Source of the DNA: Candidatus Latescibacterota bacterium
Lineage (GTDB): Bacteria > Latescibacterota > UBA2968
Length of the DNA: 64,000 nt
Assembly (NCBI GenBank): GCA_965208125.1
Contig: OZ242320.1
Span: forward strand, 4,640,001 to 4,704,000
Direction: 5' to 3'
Positions 30,401 through 38,876 of this stretch are shown here, piece after piece. The notes beneath the pieces are model-generated. The model saw only the letters and a list, made by a program, of their open reading frames with translations. It had not been told where the DNA came from and did no database searches. Made by a program: the position numbers and the translations under genes. Position 1 is the first letter of the stretch. Every line of letters begins with the position of its first letter.

Positions 30401-30641
30401 ACGAGATGTGGAAATGCAGGTTATGGAATTAAGCGTTGAATGGGGGCGCCTGCCCATTCGGATATTTGAATTTGAATTGTCCGAAGGTCGGCGTGTACAA
30501 TCGGTTGTTGCTTCCGTCGGTGGAGAGATGGTTGGAACGACTACTTTATTTAGCGATTCTAAAGTGACTTTGACCATGGAAGAAGAAGTGGTCTTAAATG
30601 CTGGAGATAAGATGGCCATTGAGGTGTCGGGCAATCTGTAA
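27402..30641 (+). CDS. LamG-like domain + GH116 (GBA2-like) glycoside hydrolase
   Basis: N-terminal LLAYWR..GQWYHF..IDEVAIYNVALT (LamG); then ISLPVGGIGAG, FRGEYPFG, NEGC, GNCSHVWHYAQ, HNTLD, EAMTGFEY, ECGKFYARAM (GH116). Confidence 0.88.
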   Translation: MTPVNNSLPFRLGVGSALKAAALAYSQTVRNEPGLLAYWRVGETQNADADRENSYVALGVVPHLDEDPAGDASVEFFFQVISDEQLDYEPCLISHQISHGEQTRFAFHVTRDLNALRFLNGTTNTLIFPPDGPIKVGQWYHFLATSKPRQEFRAYIDGVECFLDMGSLAFSVRRQACPIQIGASSENGEDRAVNCAIDEVAIYNVALTPLDIARHVDAAGRETLRERGVRDREQREDEEKEVAAEALRARLNDPALFDPDETKVYEGRYLDAISLPVGGIGAGLIQVNGKAERSVWQIFNNFEHVEVPNSFFAVWARPRGKESAVRALQTSDVGVFPAMDRLRFRGEYPFGWFEFADAAFPLRVEMEVFNPLIPLDVKSSSIPCGIFNLTASNEGDSPVEVSFLATQQNAIGITGDSPNGGYGGNVNRVIREEDATSIHMTQVSSTDVDMVLSAQVENGCATASWTSLRDLYEAFSRDGELGYVESSEPSGTGETVDCALATPFVLRPGEKRTITFVLTWYFPNTNHGAHIWVKHGNIYSNWWTDALDVYSYLKANLDDLTQQTRRFHDTLYASNLPHWLLDRISSQVAVLRSKTCFWAKDGYFGANEGCAPTSGCCLGNCSHVWHYAQAHARLFPEIARRMREQTFALQQEDGGLPFRHSDRHFEIQGPAIDGMLGDILSTYREYLCSSDQQWLHAHWPSAQKAMDFVIARWDSDEDGLLSGSQHNTLDGELSGSTSWMGTLYLSALAACEEMAVLEDDAQSADRYRRLRERGTENQNRTLWNGEYYVQSPDEDAHEDYGDGCHIDQVLGEWWAPQVNLPGYYPQENVRSALRSLLQYNFKHHFRTTTQRPRKFVDNDDAAMKMISWPKGPQPFRSMKYGDEAMTGFEYGAAATMVQFGMLKEGLMVARAVYDRYDGKLRDQLTEMNTASWGYSGNPFGDDECGKFYARAMSVWSLLLACQGFVYEGPKARIGFTPVWKPDDHVSFFIAAEGWGLFRQRRDVEMQVMELSVEWGRLPIRIFEFELSEGRRVQSVVASVGGEMVGTTTLFSDSKVTLTMEEEVVLNAGDKMAIEVSGNL

Positions 30642-30670
30642 ACCCCGGCAAAAAAAGAAAGGATTAAGGC

Positions 30671-31477
30671 ATGAATCAACCCCTGCAGTTGAAGAGATAT
30701 TTTTGGGATGCAGTTGTTGCAACCATGGTTTGCTCGTTGGTTACCACATCAGAAACAGATGCACAACCCGATGGAAATGAATGGGTTGAACTTTACGAAC
30801 CTCACGTTTTCAACGAGATGCCATATCGGCTGTTGAAGCCCATAGATTTTGATGCGGACAAGCGCTACCCTGTTATTGTTTCATTGCATGGTGGCGGTGG
30901 TCGAGGGACAGATAATCGAAAACAATTGCGTGGCTGGAATAGACTTCTTGCAGACGAGCAGAGGCGAACAGATTATCCCTCTTATGTGCTCGCTCCTCAA
31001 GTCAGTCGTTTGTGGAATGCAGAAGACCTCCAAAATATCAAGGATCTCATTGCAATATTGCCGTCCGTTGATATGGATAGAATATACATTCTGGGGCACT
31101 CCATGGGAGGCCACGGTACCCATGTCTTTTTACAAATTGATCCCCATTATTTTGCAGCGGCAGCACCTTCGGCTGGAACGGGTTTGCCTCAGACAGAAGA
31201 ATTTATCGATGCGTCAGTGATTAAAGATGTTCCGATATGGGCTTTCCACGGGGATCAGGATAAGGTCTGTCCATTCGAACGCGCTCAAAAACTTTTTGGG
31301 GAGATAAAGGAATTAGGTGGGAACATGAAGTTCACGGTCTGGGCGGGTGATGGACATGGTGTTGCCATGAAAATGATTACCGGTGCCGACAATGGCAATA
31401 CCCAACTCAGCAGTGATCGCTGTGATCCCGAGCCGGTGTTTATGAAATGGCTTTTTGCACAGAAGCGCACGCTGTGA
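30671..31477 (+). CDS. Alpha/beta hydrolase (esterase/dienelactone hydrolase-like)
   Basis: YPVIVSLHGGGGRG, GHSMGG nucleophile elbow, WAFHGDQD, GH. Confidence 0.88.
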   Translation: MNQPLQLKRYFWDAVVATMVCSLVTTSETDAQPDGNEWVELYEPHVFNEMPYRLLKPIDFDADKRYPVIVSLHGGGGRGTDNRKQLRGWNRLLADEQRRTDYPSYVLAPQVSRLWNAEDLQNIKDLIAILPSVDMDRIYILGHSMGGHGTHVFLQIDPHYFAAAAPSAGTGLPQTEEFIDASVIKDVPIWAFHGDQDKVCPFERAQKLFGEIKELGGNMKFTVWAGDGHGVAMKMITGADNGNTQLSSDRCDPEPVFMKWLFAQKRTL

Positions 31478-31672
31478 GTAGATTTTTTTACGCTTGATGA
31501 AGAACAGCATGTTCATATTTCGGGATGTGAATTGAACATTGTGTTGCAAATAGCGCACTGATTTTTTGTCGTTAAATCCATAAGTATATATAAATAAAAG
31601 ATTTGAAAAACTCTCGATCAACGGCACCGATTTTGCCTGATGTTGTGAAAAACAATATCAGGGAGATGGGGT

Positions 31673-32365
31673 ATGAATGGCTTTGTGAAAAATAGAGGAG
31701 GTATCGCAGGTGTGGCGGATGTGGATATGCCACGAGAAAAGCTCGAGCGTTTGGGACCAGAGGCATTGCGCGATGAGGAACTGCTGGCGATTTTGCTGCG
31801 AACGGGATACGAGGGCAGAAATGTGCTGGAAATTTCGCGCGGGATAATCAAGAGGTATCCCGTTAATAAACTCGTGGATATGGATCTGAAAGAGCTCACG
31901 ACAATCAAGGGAATCGGGCAGGCAAAAGCCGCGGGTTTGGTCGCGGGATTTGAACTGGCAAAACGAGGTCTCAATCAGGGAATAGGAATTGAACCTTCTA
32001 TTACGAGCCCGGTTGACGTTTTGGGGTTTCTGACCGATATCAAAGATCGGCGCAAAGAATATTTTGTGGCGCTTTTTCTCAATGCGCGGAATCAGGTGAT
32101 TTGCCGCGAAGATGTGTCGGTTGGCTCGCTCAATGCCTCACTCGTGCATCCGCGAGAGGTGTTTGCGCCAGCTGTGGGGTCATCTGCTGCGAGTGTGATT
32201 CTGGCGCATAATCATCCCAGCGGCGATGTGACACCGAGTCGAGAAGATATTGAACTCACGCGCCGCATGGTGCAGGCCGGTGAGATTATGGGGATTGAGG
32301 TATTGGACCATCTGATCGTCGGTTCAGAGCGGTTCTTAAGTATGAAAGAGGCGAATGTCTTTTAG
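31673..32365 (+). CDS. radC: RadC family JAB/MPN protein
   Basis: PREKL..G..AL.DEELLAILLRTG, KGIGQAKA, VHPREVF, HNHPSGD, DHLI. Confidence 0.95.
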   Translation: MNGFVKNRGGIAGVADVDMPREKLERLGPEALRDEELLAILLRTGYEGRNVLEISRGIIKRYPVNKLVDMDLKELTTIKGIGQAKAAGLVAGFELAKRGLNQGIGIEPSITSPVDVLGFLTDIKDRRKEYFVALFLNARNQVICREDVSVGSLNASLVHPREVFAPAVGSSAASVILAHNHPSGDVTPSREDIELTRRMVQAGEIMGIEVLDHLIVGSERFLSMKEANVF

Positions 32366-32373
32366 GTGGTGAT

Positions 32374-33183
32374 ATGAGTCGGATACTAACGCTGACAACA
32401 GATTTTGGCATTTCTGATGGCTATGTTGGCGCGATGAAGGGCGTGGTGCTCACCTGTGTGCCAGGTGCTCAAATTGTAGATATAACACATCAAGTATCCC
32501 CTCAGGATGTTGCTGCTGGCGCTTTTGCCATGTATTGTGCGTGTCCTTTTTTTCCTGAGGGTAGCGTGCATGTTGGAGTGGTTGACCCGGGGGTGGGGAG
32601 TGATCGACGGGGTATTGTCGTTGAGACAGAGCAATTTCTGTATGTTGGACCGGATAATGGCCTGTTTTCTCCTGTTTATGAGCGAGAAATGGTGCGGCGC
32701 ATTGTGACGATTGAGAACACGGCATTGATGCGCCCGCAAGTGAGTCCGACTTTTCACGGACGAGATGTATTTGCTCAGGTGGGGGCGCATTTACTCAAGG
32801 GGGTGTCCTGTGACGAGGTTGGGCCTGAAATTGAGGATCCAGTCACATGTGATCTGTGGGGTGTTGAAGAACGTGACGATGCACTCGTTGGGCGGGTGGT
32901 GTGCGTTGACCATTTTGGCAATGCAATCTCAATGATTGCGCGGTCACACATTGATGAAAAATATCCCGATGGAGATTTTGAGATCATCATTGGCAAGACC
33001 CGATTTGATCGGATATGCCAGACATATAGTGAGGTCATAGAGGGGAAAGCGCTGGCGCTTTACGGCAGTTTGGATACGCTGGAGGTCGCGGTTTGCGAGG
33101 GCAGTGCAAGCAGGACGCTTGGTATAAAACAAGGGGATGAGATTTGTGTGTGTAGGGGTCAGGACAGGAGGGATAGGAGTTGA
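32374..33183 (+). CDS. SAM hydroxide adenosyltransferase (DUF62)
   Basis: LTTDFG, DITH, VVDPGVGSDRR, GPDNG, TFHGRDVF, DHFGN. Confidence 0.92.
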   Translation: MSRILTLTTDFGISDGYVGAMKGVVLTCVPGAQIVDITHQVSPQDVAAGAFAMYCACPFFPEGSVHVGVVDPGVGSDRRGIVVETEQFLYVGPDNGLFSPVYEREMVRRIVTIENTALMRPQVSPTFHGRDVFAQVGAHLLKGVSCDEVGPEIEDPVTCDLWGVEERDDALVGRVVCVDHFGNAISMIARSHIDEKYPDGDFEIIIGKTRFDRICQTYSEVIEGKALALYGSLDTLEVAVCEGSASRTLGIKQGDEICVCRGQDRRDRS

Positions 33184-33848
33184 GAAATGCGGTCTATTTC
33201 GATATCGGGATGTTCTGATGGGGTTTGGGGCTTTCTGTTTTTTTGTCGGCCGTGACGCATGCGTACGGTGGTCATACCCAGGGTTTTTGCCGTGGCGATT
33301 TCGTCGGTGAGTTTGTCGCCCACGCATAAAATTTGGACATGGGACAGAGATAGTGCTTTTGCTGCTTGCGTGAGGGATTGTGTTTTATCACTGCTTTTTC
33401 GGTCGTCTTGTAGAATGAGGGTATTGTCGCCCTCGCTAAAATAATCGCACAAGCCGAGAAGGCGAACTTTTTCGCGCTGACGATCGGGATTTCCAGAGGT
33501 GACAAGGGCGAGTTGATAGCTGCGCTGGACAAGGGTAGCGAGGGTGGAGAGTACATCGGGGAAAGGGGTGATGGCTTCCACGTTGCGGGGATTGTACGCA
33601 TTGAGTGCCCGTTCTACGATGCTGGGCGGGATATTGTACTGGGTGCCGAGTAAGCGAATGGCCTCTGAAGAGCTATGTGTTTGGGAAAGCAACACCTGTT
33701 GCTGATAACCGGTCTCAAATGAGAGGTCGGGATGTGCTGAAGCGAGGATTTGAGCGGCTCTGCGCCGCGCGGGTTGGGTGAGTTGGCCCGTGCAGTCAAA
33801 GAGGGTGTCGTCGAGGTCAAAAATAATACCTCTGATTTTTCCTGTCAT
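33159..33848 (-). CDS. HAD superfamily hydrolase
   Basis: FDLDDTL, LVTSG, VGDKLTDEI; start overlaps the upstream stop (ATGA). Confidence 0.9.
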   Translation of the reverse strand: MTGKIRGIIFDLDDTLFDCTGQLTQPARRRAAQILASAHPDLSFETGYQQQVLLSQTHSSSEAIRLLGTQYNIPPSIVERALNAYNPRNVEAITPFPDVLSTLATLVQRSYQLALVTSGNPDRQREKVRLLGLCDYFSEGDNTLILQDDRKSSDKTQSLTQAAKALSLSHVQILCVGDKLTDEIATAKTLGMTTVRMRHGRQKNRKPQTPSEHPDIEIDRISQLLSLLS

Positions 33849-35803
33849 TCATCCAGGCCCCAATAGTCGGGCACGCTCAGGCCGCAGAAAATGCGACAGA
33901 TCGCATCGGCGACTTTGGCCGGGTCGTGGCTGATAAAATCGCCGGTGCCGCGCTCTATGGCATCGGGATGAAATTCTTCTAAAAAGTCTGCGCGGGTCCA
34001 GGGACCGAATGTGTCGAGCGTTTCTGTATCGCATTCAACCAGGACTTTGCCATCTTTTTTGTATTTTTTGATCAGTGGGTGCCAGTCCTCGCTTTTGGGT
34101 GTCTGGAAAATGCGGAGGTCCTGCACCAGCGTGTGATCCATGACGCCATTGCGCTGATTTTTGGGTAGGTGTTTGAGGATCGCTTTGAGGTGGTCAGAGG
34201 CTCTAAAATTATCGGTCTGCCCGGGTTGTGTGACGATGTTGCAAACGTAGATGGTTTTGCCCTGAGCGCGTCTGATCAGTGCTTTTTGAATATCGGGTAC
34301 GAGGAGATTGGTGATGACGCTGGTGTACAGGCTGCCCGGTCCAATGACGACGATATCTGCATCTGCAATGGCTTGCAAAGCATCGCGCGGTGCTCTGATC
34401 TGATTTTGTTCCAGGCTCACTTTGTGCCCCTGGCGCACGCGGATCTCAACCTGTCCTGTTTCGGGATCTATGACGCGCTCGAGCGCGCTGTCTTTGCGAT
34501 TGAGTTCGCGCAAGAGAGCGTCATTGGTGACGAGATATGCCCGCTCGAGAGGTGGTTTACCGGGTTTTCTGACCATCCATTCGGTATAGCGATGTTCGCC
34601 GTTTGTCAGTTTGGCGCAAATATCGACATTTTCAGTGCTGGCAGGGAAAACTGTACCCTGTACGTGCAGCATGTTGCTGGCTGTTTTTATAGCGGCATGA
34701 AAATCTCCGAGTTGCTGAGTGAGGGCAGCCACGAGAAAATTGCCAATATGGTCGTTCTTAAAAATACCGGATTCTTGCTCGCTGTTGGGAAAGCGGTGTT
34801 GGAAGACGTTGAAAAGCCCCTGAGATATCTGTTCGGGATCGGCGAGTGCTGTGAGGGCATTGCGAATGTCACCGGGGGGCTGGACTCCCAAATTCCAGCG
34901 GATACGCCCCGAGGAAGCACCGGAATCGGTCACGGCAACGACAGCTGTTGGATGACGGGTATAGGGACGCAATCCACGCAAGACAGTGGGTAGGCCAGTG
35001 CCGCCGCCGATAACGGCAACCCTGAATCGGTCGGGGGTTTTGCCGATCCGCGAGAGGTGCAATAATGTAGATAGTTGGGCAAGGTATTTGATTTCGTAGT
35101 CGGGGCGGTCGCCTATCGCGGGTGTTTCTCGGGAGAATCTTCCGCGCCGCAACCAGATTGTGGTGAGGCCCTGGCGATTACCCGCGCGAATTTCATCGTG
35201 GGTGCGGTCTCCAACGACGATGAGTTGGTCAGAAGAGAGCTTATGGCTTTCCATGAGTTCTGAAAACCAGTAAGCATGTGCAGGGGGACCTTCGTTGATT
35301 ATGCGATCAAAATAAGGAGCAATGCCCAGGCGTTCAATTTTGTTGCGCTGACGGCGCGCCCTGCCCAGCGTGACGAGAAATAGTTTATAGCCCGCCTGGC
35401 GCAATTCCAGGAGAGTATGTAAGGCGTCGGGGTAGGGGCGAATGTCTTCTACATCTTCGGCATTGTAAACGCGCTCCATTTCAGCTACAAGGGCTTCGAC
35501 TGGCTCGGCTTCCGGGTCGGTTTTTTGTTTGTCGAGAAAACGGCGTACCTGATCGGGTTTATCTTTGAAGACGGCTTTGGCGATATCAAAAAAAGCGAAA
35601 TAATAGGGCGAGGATGAATAATAAGGACCGTGTTTACGTTCGAGCGTATTGATGCGTTGGCGTGCATAGGCGCGGGTGGCAAAAAAACCGTTTGAAAACA
35701 GAAAAGCGGCAACGCGTTGACGCGCGGCATGTACGACGGGCGTCAGGTCAAATAGGGTTCCGTCGAGGTCGAATACGATTGCGCGGGCATTTTCCAGGGA
35801 CAC
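33845..35803 (-). CDS. HAD phosphatase fused to a YvcK/GlmR/CuvA (CofD-like, UPF0052) domain
   Basis: N-terminal FDLDGTL, LVTLG, VGDRTHDEI; C-terminal GGGTGL, DSGASSG, PPGDIRN, GPGSLYTS, CNIVTQPGQT, HDP. GTG at 35803 follows a GGAG. Confidence 0.9.
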   Translation of the reverse strand: MSLENARAIVFDLDGTLFDLTPVVHAARQRVAAFLFSNGFFATRAYARQRINTLERKHGPYYSSSPYYFAFFDIAKAVFKDKPDQVRRFLDKQKTDPEAEPVEALVAEMERVYNAEDVEDIRPYPDALHTLLELRQAGYKLFLVTLGRARRQRNKIERLGIAPYFDRIINEGPPAHAYWFSELMESHKLSSDQLIVVGDRTHDEIRAGNRQGLTTIWLRRGRFSRETPAIGDRPDYEIKYLAQLSTLLHLSRIGKTPDRFRVAVIGGGTGLPTVLRGLRPYTRHPTAVVAVTDSGASSGRIRWNLGVQPPGDIRNALTALADPEQISQGLFNVFQHRFPNSEQESGIFKNDHIGNFLVAALTQQLGDFHAAIKTASNMLHVQGTVFPASTENVDICAKLTNGEHRYTEWMVRKPGKPPLERAYLVTNDALLRELNRKDSALERVIDPETGQVEIRVRQGHKVSLEQNQIRAPRDALQAIADADIVVIGPGSLYTSVITNLLVPDIQKALIRRAQGKTIYVCNIVTQPGQTDNFRASDHLKAILKHLPKNQRNGVMDHTLVQDLRIFQTPKSEDWHPLIKKYKKDGKVLVECDTETLDTFGPWTRADFLEEFHPDAIERGTGDFISHDPAKVADAICRIFCGLSVPDYWGLDE

Positions 35804-35904
35804 GGCACATCTCCGCGGTTGAGTTGTGGGTTCAAAGGGGAAGATAAGACTTTTTAGATTAAGAAAAAAAATAAAAGTGGGGAAGAGGAAAGATTGTGGA
35901 GATA

Positions 35905-36603
35905 ATGTGTAAAATTTGGAAGGCGGCACTCAATTTTGTTTATCCGTCGTCTTGTATGATTTGCAAGGCATCACTGCCGGATTCACCGGGGTTGTGTGAT
36001 TTGTGTTGGGATGATATGGAGATTTGGGATTCGGGATTACACGAGGTGGATTTTGAACACGAATTTGACCAAACAGTTATTTTGTATCAATTTAATGATA
36101 GTGTCCGATCTTTAATTCACGCGCTCAAATACCGGGGAAAAACACTTCCCGGACAGATATTAGGGAAAGCTCTGGGACAGCGCATTGAGGGCTTATTCGA
36201 TTCCGATACGATGATTGTCCCGGTGCCACTTCACTCAGCAAAAACAAGAGCACGAGGATATAATCAGAGTGAGATTATTGCACGGGCTACAGGACGGGCG
36301 TCGGGTTTACAAGTGCTGGCAAACGCGCTGAAAAGAGTGCGGCCAACACCTACACAGACGCAACTGGGCGTTTTGGAGCGTCAATACAATGTACAGGGAG
36401 CATTTCACGTGCGTCATCCCCCGTCTATTGAGGGGCGAAATATATTTTTGATAGACGATGTTATCACGACGGGTGCGACGCTCAATGCATGTGCGCAGGT
36501 TCTGCGATCTGCGGGGGCGCAATGCGTGTCTGTTGGTGCTGTTGCCAGTCCCTTATTGGGGGAAGATGATCTGTCTCAAGATGTAGAAAAATCGAGGTCT
36601 TGA
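35905..36603 (+). CDS. comF: ComF family phosphoribosyltransferase-like protein
   Basis: YPSSCMIC..LCDLC, LKY, PVPLH..RGYNQ, IDDVITTGATL. Confidence 0.88.
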   Translation: MCKIWKAALNFVYPSSCMICKASLPDSPGLCDLCWDDMEIWDSGLHEVDFEHEFDQTVILYQFNDSVRSLIHALKYRGKTLPGQILGKALGQRIEGLFDSDTMIVPVPLHSAKTRARGYNQSEIIARATGRASGLQVLANALKRVRPTPTQTQLGVLERQYNVQGAFHVRHPPSIEGRNIFLIDDVITTGATLNACAQVLRSAGAQCVSVGAVASPLLGEDDLSQDVEKSRS

Positions 36604-36651
36604 CGCTGATTTTATCTTTTAGTGGGCGTACCTGTGATAAATACAACGGGC

Positions 36652-36680
36652 TTGACAGGTATGTTGCAATACCTTAAACT
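36652..36680 (+). promoter_or_regulatory. Sigma70 promoter of the glycolytic operon with a palindrome in its spacer
   Basis: TTGACA-N17-TAAACT; AGGTAT-N6-ATACCT at 36657-36674. Confidence 0.75.
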
Positions 36681-36750
36681 TCAGGTCTTTGAAAATCTTA
36701 CAGGACTCAGGCGCTTATGCTCGTGATAGTGATTTTGTAAGGGAGATATT

Positions 36751-37791
36751 ATGTCTGTAAAACGCGTTGGCATACTTACAGGTGGTGGCGATTGTCCAGG
36801 TCTTAATGCGGTAATCCGCGCGATTGTACGCAAGGGCATTATGGTTTACAATTACGACATGACGGGTGTGCAGGAGGGATGGCGAGGGATGCTTGAAGGG
36901 CTGTCAGTGCCTCTGGATTTGAACGCTGTTTCGGGGATTTTGCCGCGCGGGGGTACAATTTTGGGATCTTCTCGGACAAATCCGTATCAAGATGGTGCAG
37001 ATGGCGGTGCGCTCGTGCGAGGGGGGATGGAGAAAATGGGCCTGGACGCACTAATTGCCATTGGTGGCGATGATACACTCGGTGTGGCCCATCAGCTCAC
37101 AGATCAGGGCATCAAAGTAGTAGGCGTGCCCAAAACCATTGATAATGATCTGGATGGCACAGACCAGACCTTTGGTTTTGATACGGCTATCAATATCGTG
37201 ATGGAAGCGATTGACCGCCTGCATACAACGGCTGAGTCTCACAACCGCGTGATGGTTGTCGAGGTTATGGGACGCCATGCGGGTTGGATTGCCGTGGAGG
37301 CTGGTATTGCAGGGGGGGCAGATGTGATTCTGATCCCGGAAGTCCCATTTGATATGGATGACGTGTGCGATACCATCAGAAAACGCCATGCCCGAGGGAA
37401 GACATTCAGTATTGTGGTGGCTGCTGAAGGTGCCAAGCTCGACGATGACAGTATGGTTTTGCAATCTCAGGAAAAAGATGCATTCGGGCATGTTCGCCTG
37501 GGGGGCATTGGCAATTTGCTGAGTGATGAAATTGAGCGGCGCACTGGATATGAAAGTCGCGCAACCGTGCTGGGCCATATTCAACGCGGGGGCAGTCCTT
37601 CTGCTTATGATCGGGTGTTGGGGACGCGATTTGGGATAGCGGCAATTGATCTGATACAAGAAGGCAATTTTGGCAAGATGGTGGCGCTGCGAGGACAAAA
37701 TATTGTTGCGATTGATTTGAAAGAGGCCGTGTCGAAGTTGCGTACGGTGGATATGGGTCTTTACGATATTGCCAAAGTATTTTTCGGATAA
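36751..37791 (+). CDS. pfkA: 6-phosphofructokinase (PfkA family; residues suggest PPi dependence)
   Basis: [48 protein letters not shown]. Confidence 0.95.
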   Translation: MSVKRVGILTGGGDCPGLNAVIRAIVRKGIMVYNYDMTGVQEGWRGMLEGLSVPLDLNAVSGILPRGGTILGSSRTNPYQDGADGGALVRGGMEKMGLDALIAIGGDDTLGVAHQLTDQGIKVVGVPKTIDNDLDGTDQTFGFDTAINIVMEAIDRLHTTAESHNRVMVVEVMGRHAGWIAVEAGIAGGADVILIPEVPFDMDDVCDTIRKRHARGKTFSIVVAAEGAKLDDDSMVLQSQEKDAFGHVRLGGIGNLLSDEIERRTGYESRATVLGHIQRGGSPSAYDRVLGTRFGIAAIDLIQEGNFGKMVALRGQNIVAIDLKEAVSKLRTVDMGLYDIAKVFFG

Positions 37792-37808
37792 TGAGTTTGG
37801 AGGAAATT

Positions 37809-38840
37809 ATGGTAGGAATGAGAGTAGGAATCAATGGATTTGGGCGGATTGGACGGCTGGTATTTCGCGCGGCTATGGCGCGTGGTCTCAATGTGGTGGC
37901 TGTAAACGATTTGACCGATGCTGCTAGTCTGGCGCATTTGCTCAAATACGATTCGACACACGGGCGGTATCCCGGGTGCGTTAATCATCTGAAAAACGGC
38001 GTACAAGTGGAGAAGTCATCGGTTGATGCGCTTGTAGTAGATGGCAAAATGGTGGCTGTTTTGTCCGAACGAGATCCGGCACAATTGCCCTGGAGGTCAT
38101 TGGGTGTGGATGTGGTGGTTGAATCGACGGGCTTTTTTACCGATAAAGAGTCCGCGAGTGCCCATTTGGGAGAAAAAGGGGCAAAAAAGGTGATTATTTC
38201 TGCGCCCGCCAAAGGAGATTTGCCCACTGTGGTGATGGGAATTAATGATGTCGTTTTACAAAAAGACGATACGGTTATTTCCAATGCTTCGTGTACGACC
38301 AACTGTCTGGCGCCTATGGTGAGTGTGTTGCACGATGCATTTGGCGTTGTACACGGGCTTATGACCACTATTCATTCTTACACAGGAGATCAACGTCTGA
38401 TCGATGCGCCCCATTCCGATATGCGCCGTGCGCGGTCTGCCGCCCTGTCGATGATTCCGACGACAACGGGCGCGGCGAGTGCAGTGGGCCTGGTTATTCC
38501 CGAACTCAATGGCAAACTCGACGGCATGGCCGTGCGCGTGCCCACGCCAGATGGTTCATTTACCGATTTTGTCGCGGTGCTGAAAAAAGAGGTGACTGCA
38601 GAAGAGGTAAACAATGCCTTTGAATGTGCAGCTTATGGGCGTTTGAAAGGTATTCTGGAATACACCGATGATCCCATTGTTTCTGCCGATATCCTGGGCA
38701 ATGCCCATTCTTGTATTTTCGATTCGATGATTACCACAGTGATGTCGGGCTATATGGTGAAGGTGTGTGGATGGTACGACAATGAGTGGGGGTATTCCAA
38801 TCGGTGCGTGGATTTGATCGCGAAGTTGGCGGAGATGTAA
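37809..38840 (+). CDS. gap: Type I glyceraldehyde-3-phosphate dehydrogenase
   Basis: [36 protein letters not shown]; RBS GGAGG. Confidence 0.98.
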   Translation: MVGMRVGINGFGRIGRLVFRAAMARGLNVVAVNDLTDAASLAHLLKYDSTHGRYPGCVNHLKNGVQVEKSSVDALVVDGKMVAVLSERDPAQLPWRSLGVDVVVESTGFFTDKESASAHLGEKGAKKVIISAPAKGDLPTVVMGINDVVLQKDDTVISNASCTTNCLAPMVSVLHDAFGVVHGLMTTIHSYTGDQRLIDAPHSDMRRARSAALSMIPTTTGAASAVGLVIPELNGKLDGMAVRVPTPDGSFTDFVAVLKKEVTAEEVNNAFECAAYGRLKGILEYTDDPIVSADILGNAHSCIFDSMITTVMSGYMVKVCGWYDNEWGYSNRCVDLIAKLAEM

Positions 38841-38876
38841 AATAGTCGCTGATTTTGACTTTTGAGAGGCGCTGGC

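Noticed and set aside
31502-31514. LexA (GAAC-N4-GTTC) box upstream of radC
   Set aside because: The spacing is N5 (GAAC-AGCAT-GTTC) and the lineage's LexA motif is unknown.
31673-32365. radC as a marker of a mobile element
   Set aside because: It is the full-length chromosomal form with an N-terminal HhH region, coupled to a housekeeping gene, with no mobile neighbours.
32374-33183. Fluorinase/chlorinase (halogenase)
   Set aside because: It has the DPGVG..R and TFHGRD Asp-Arg-His signature of DUF62 SAM hydroxide adenosyltransferases, not the halogenase motifs.
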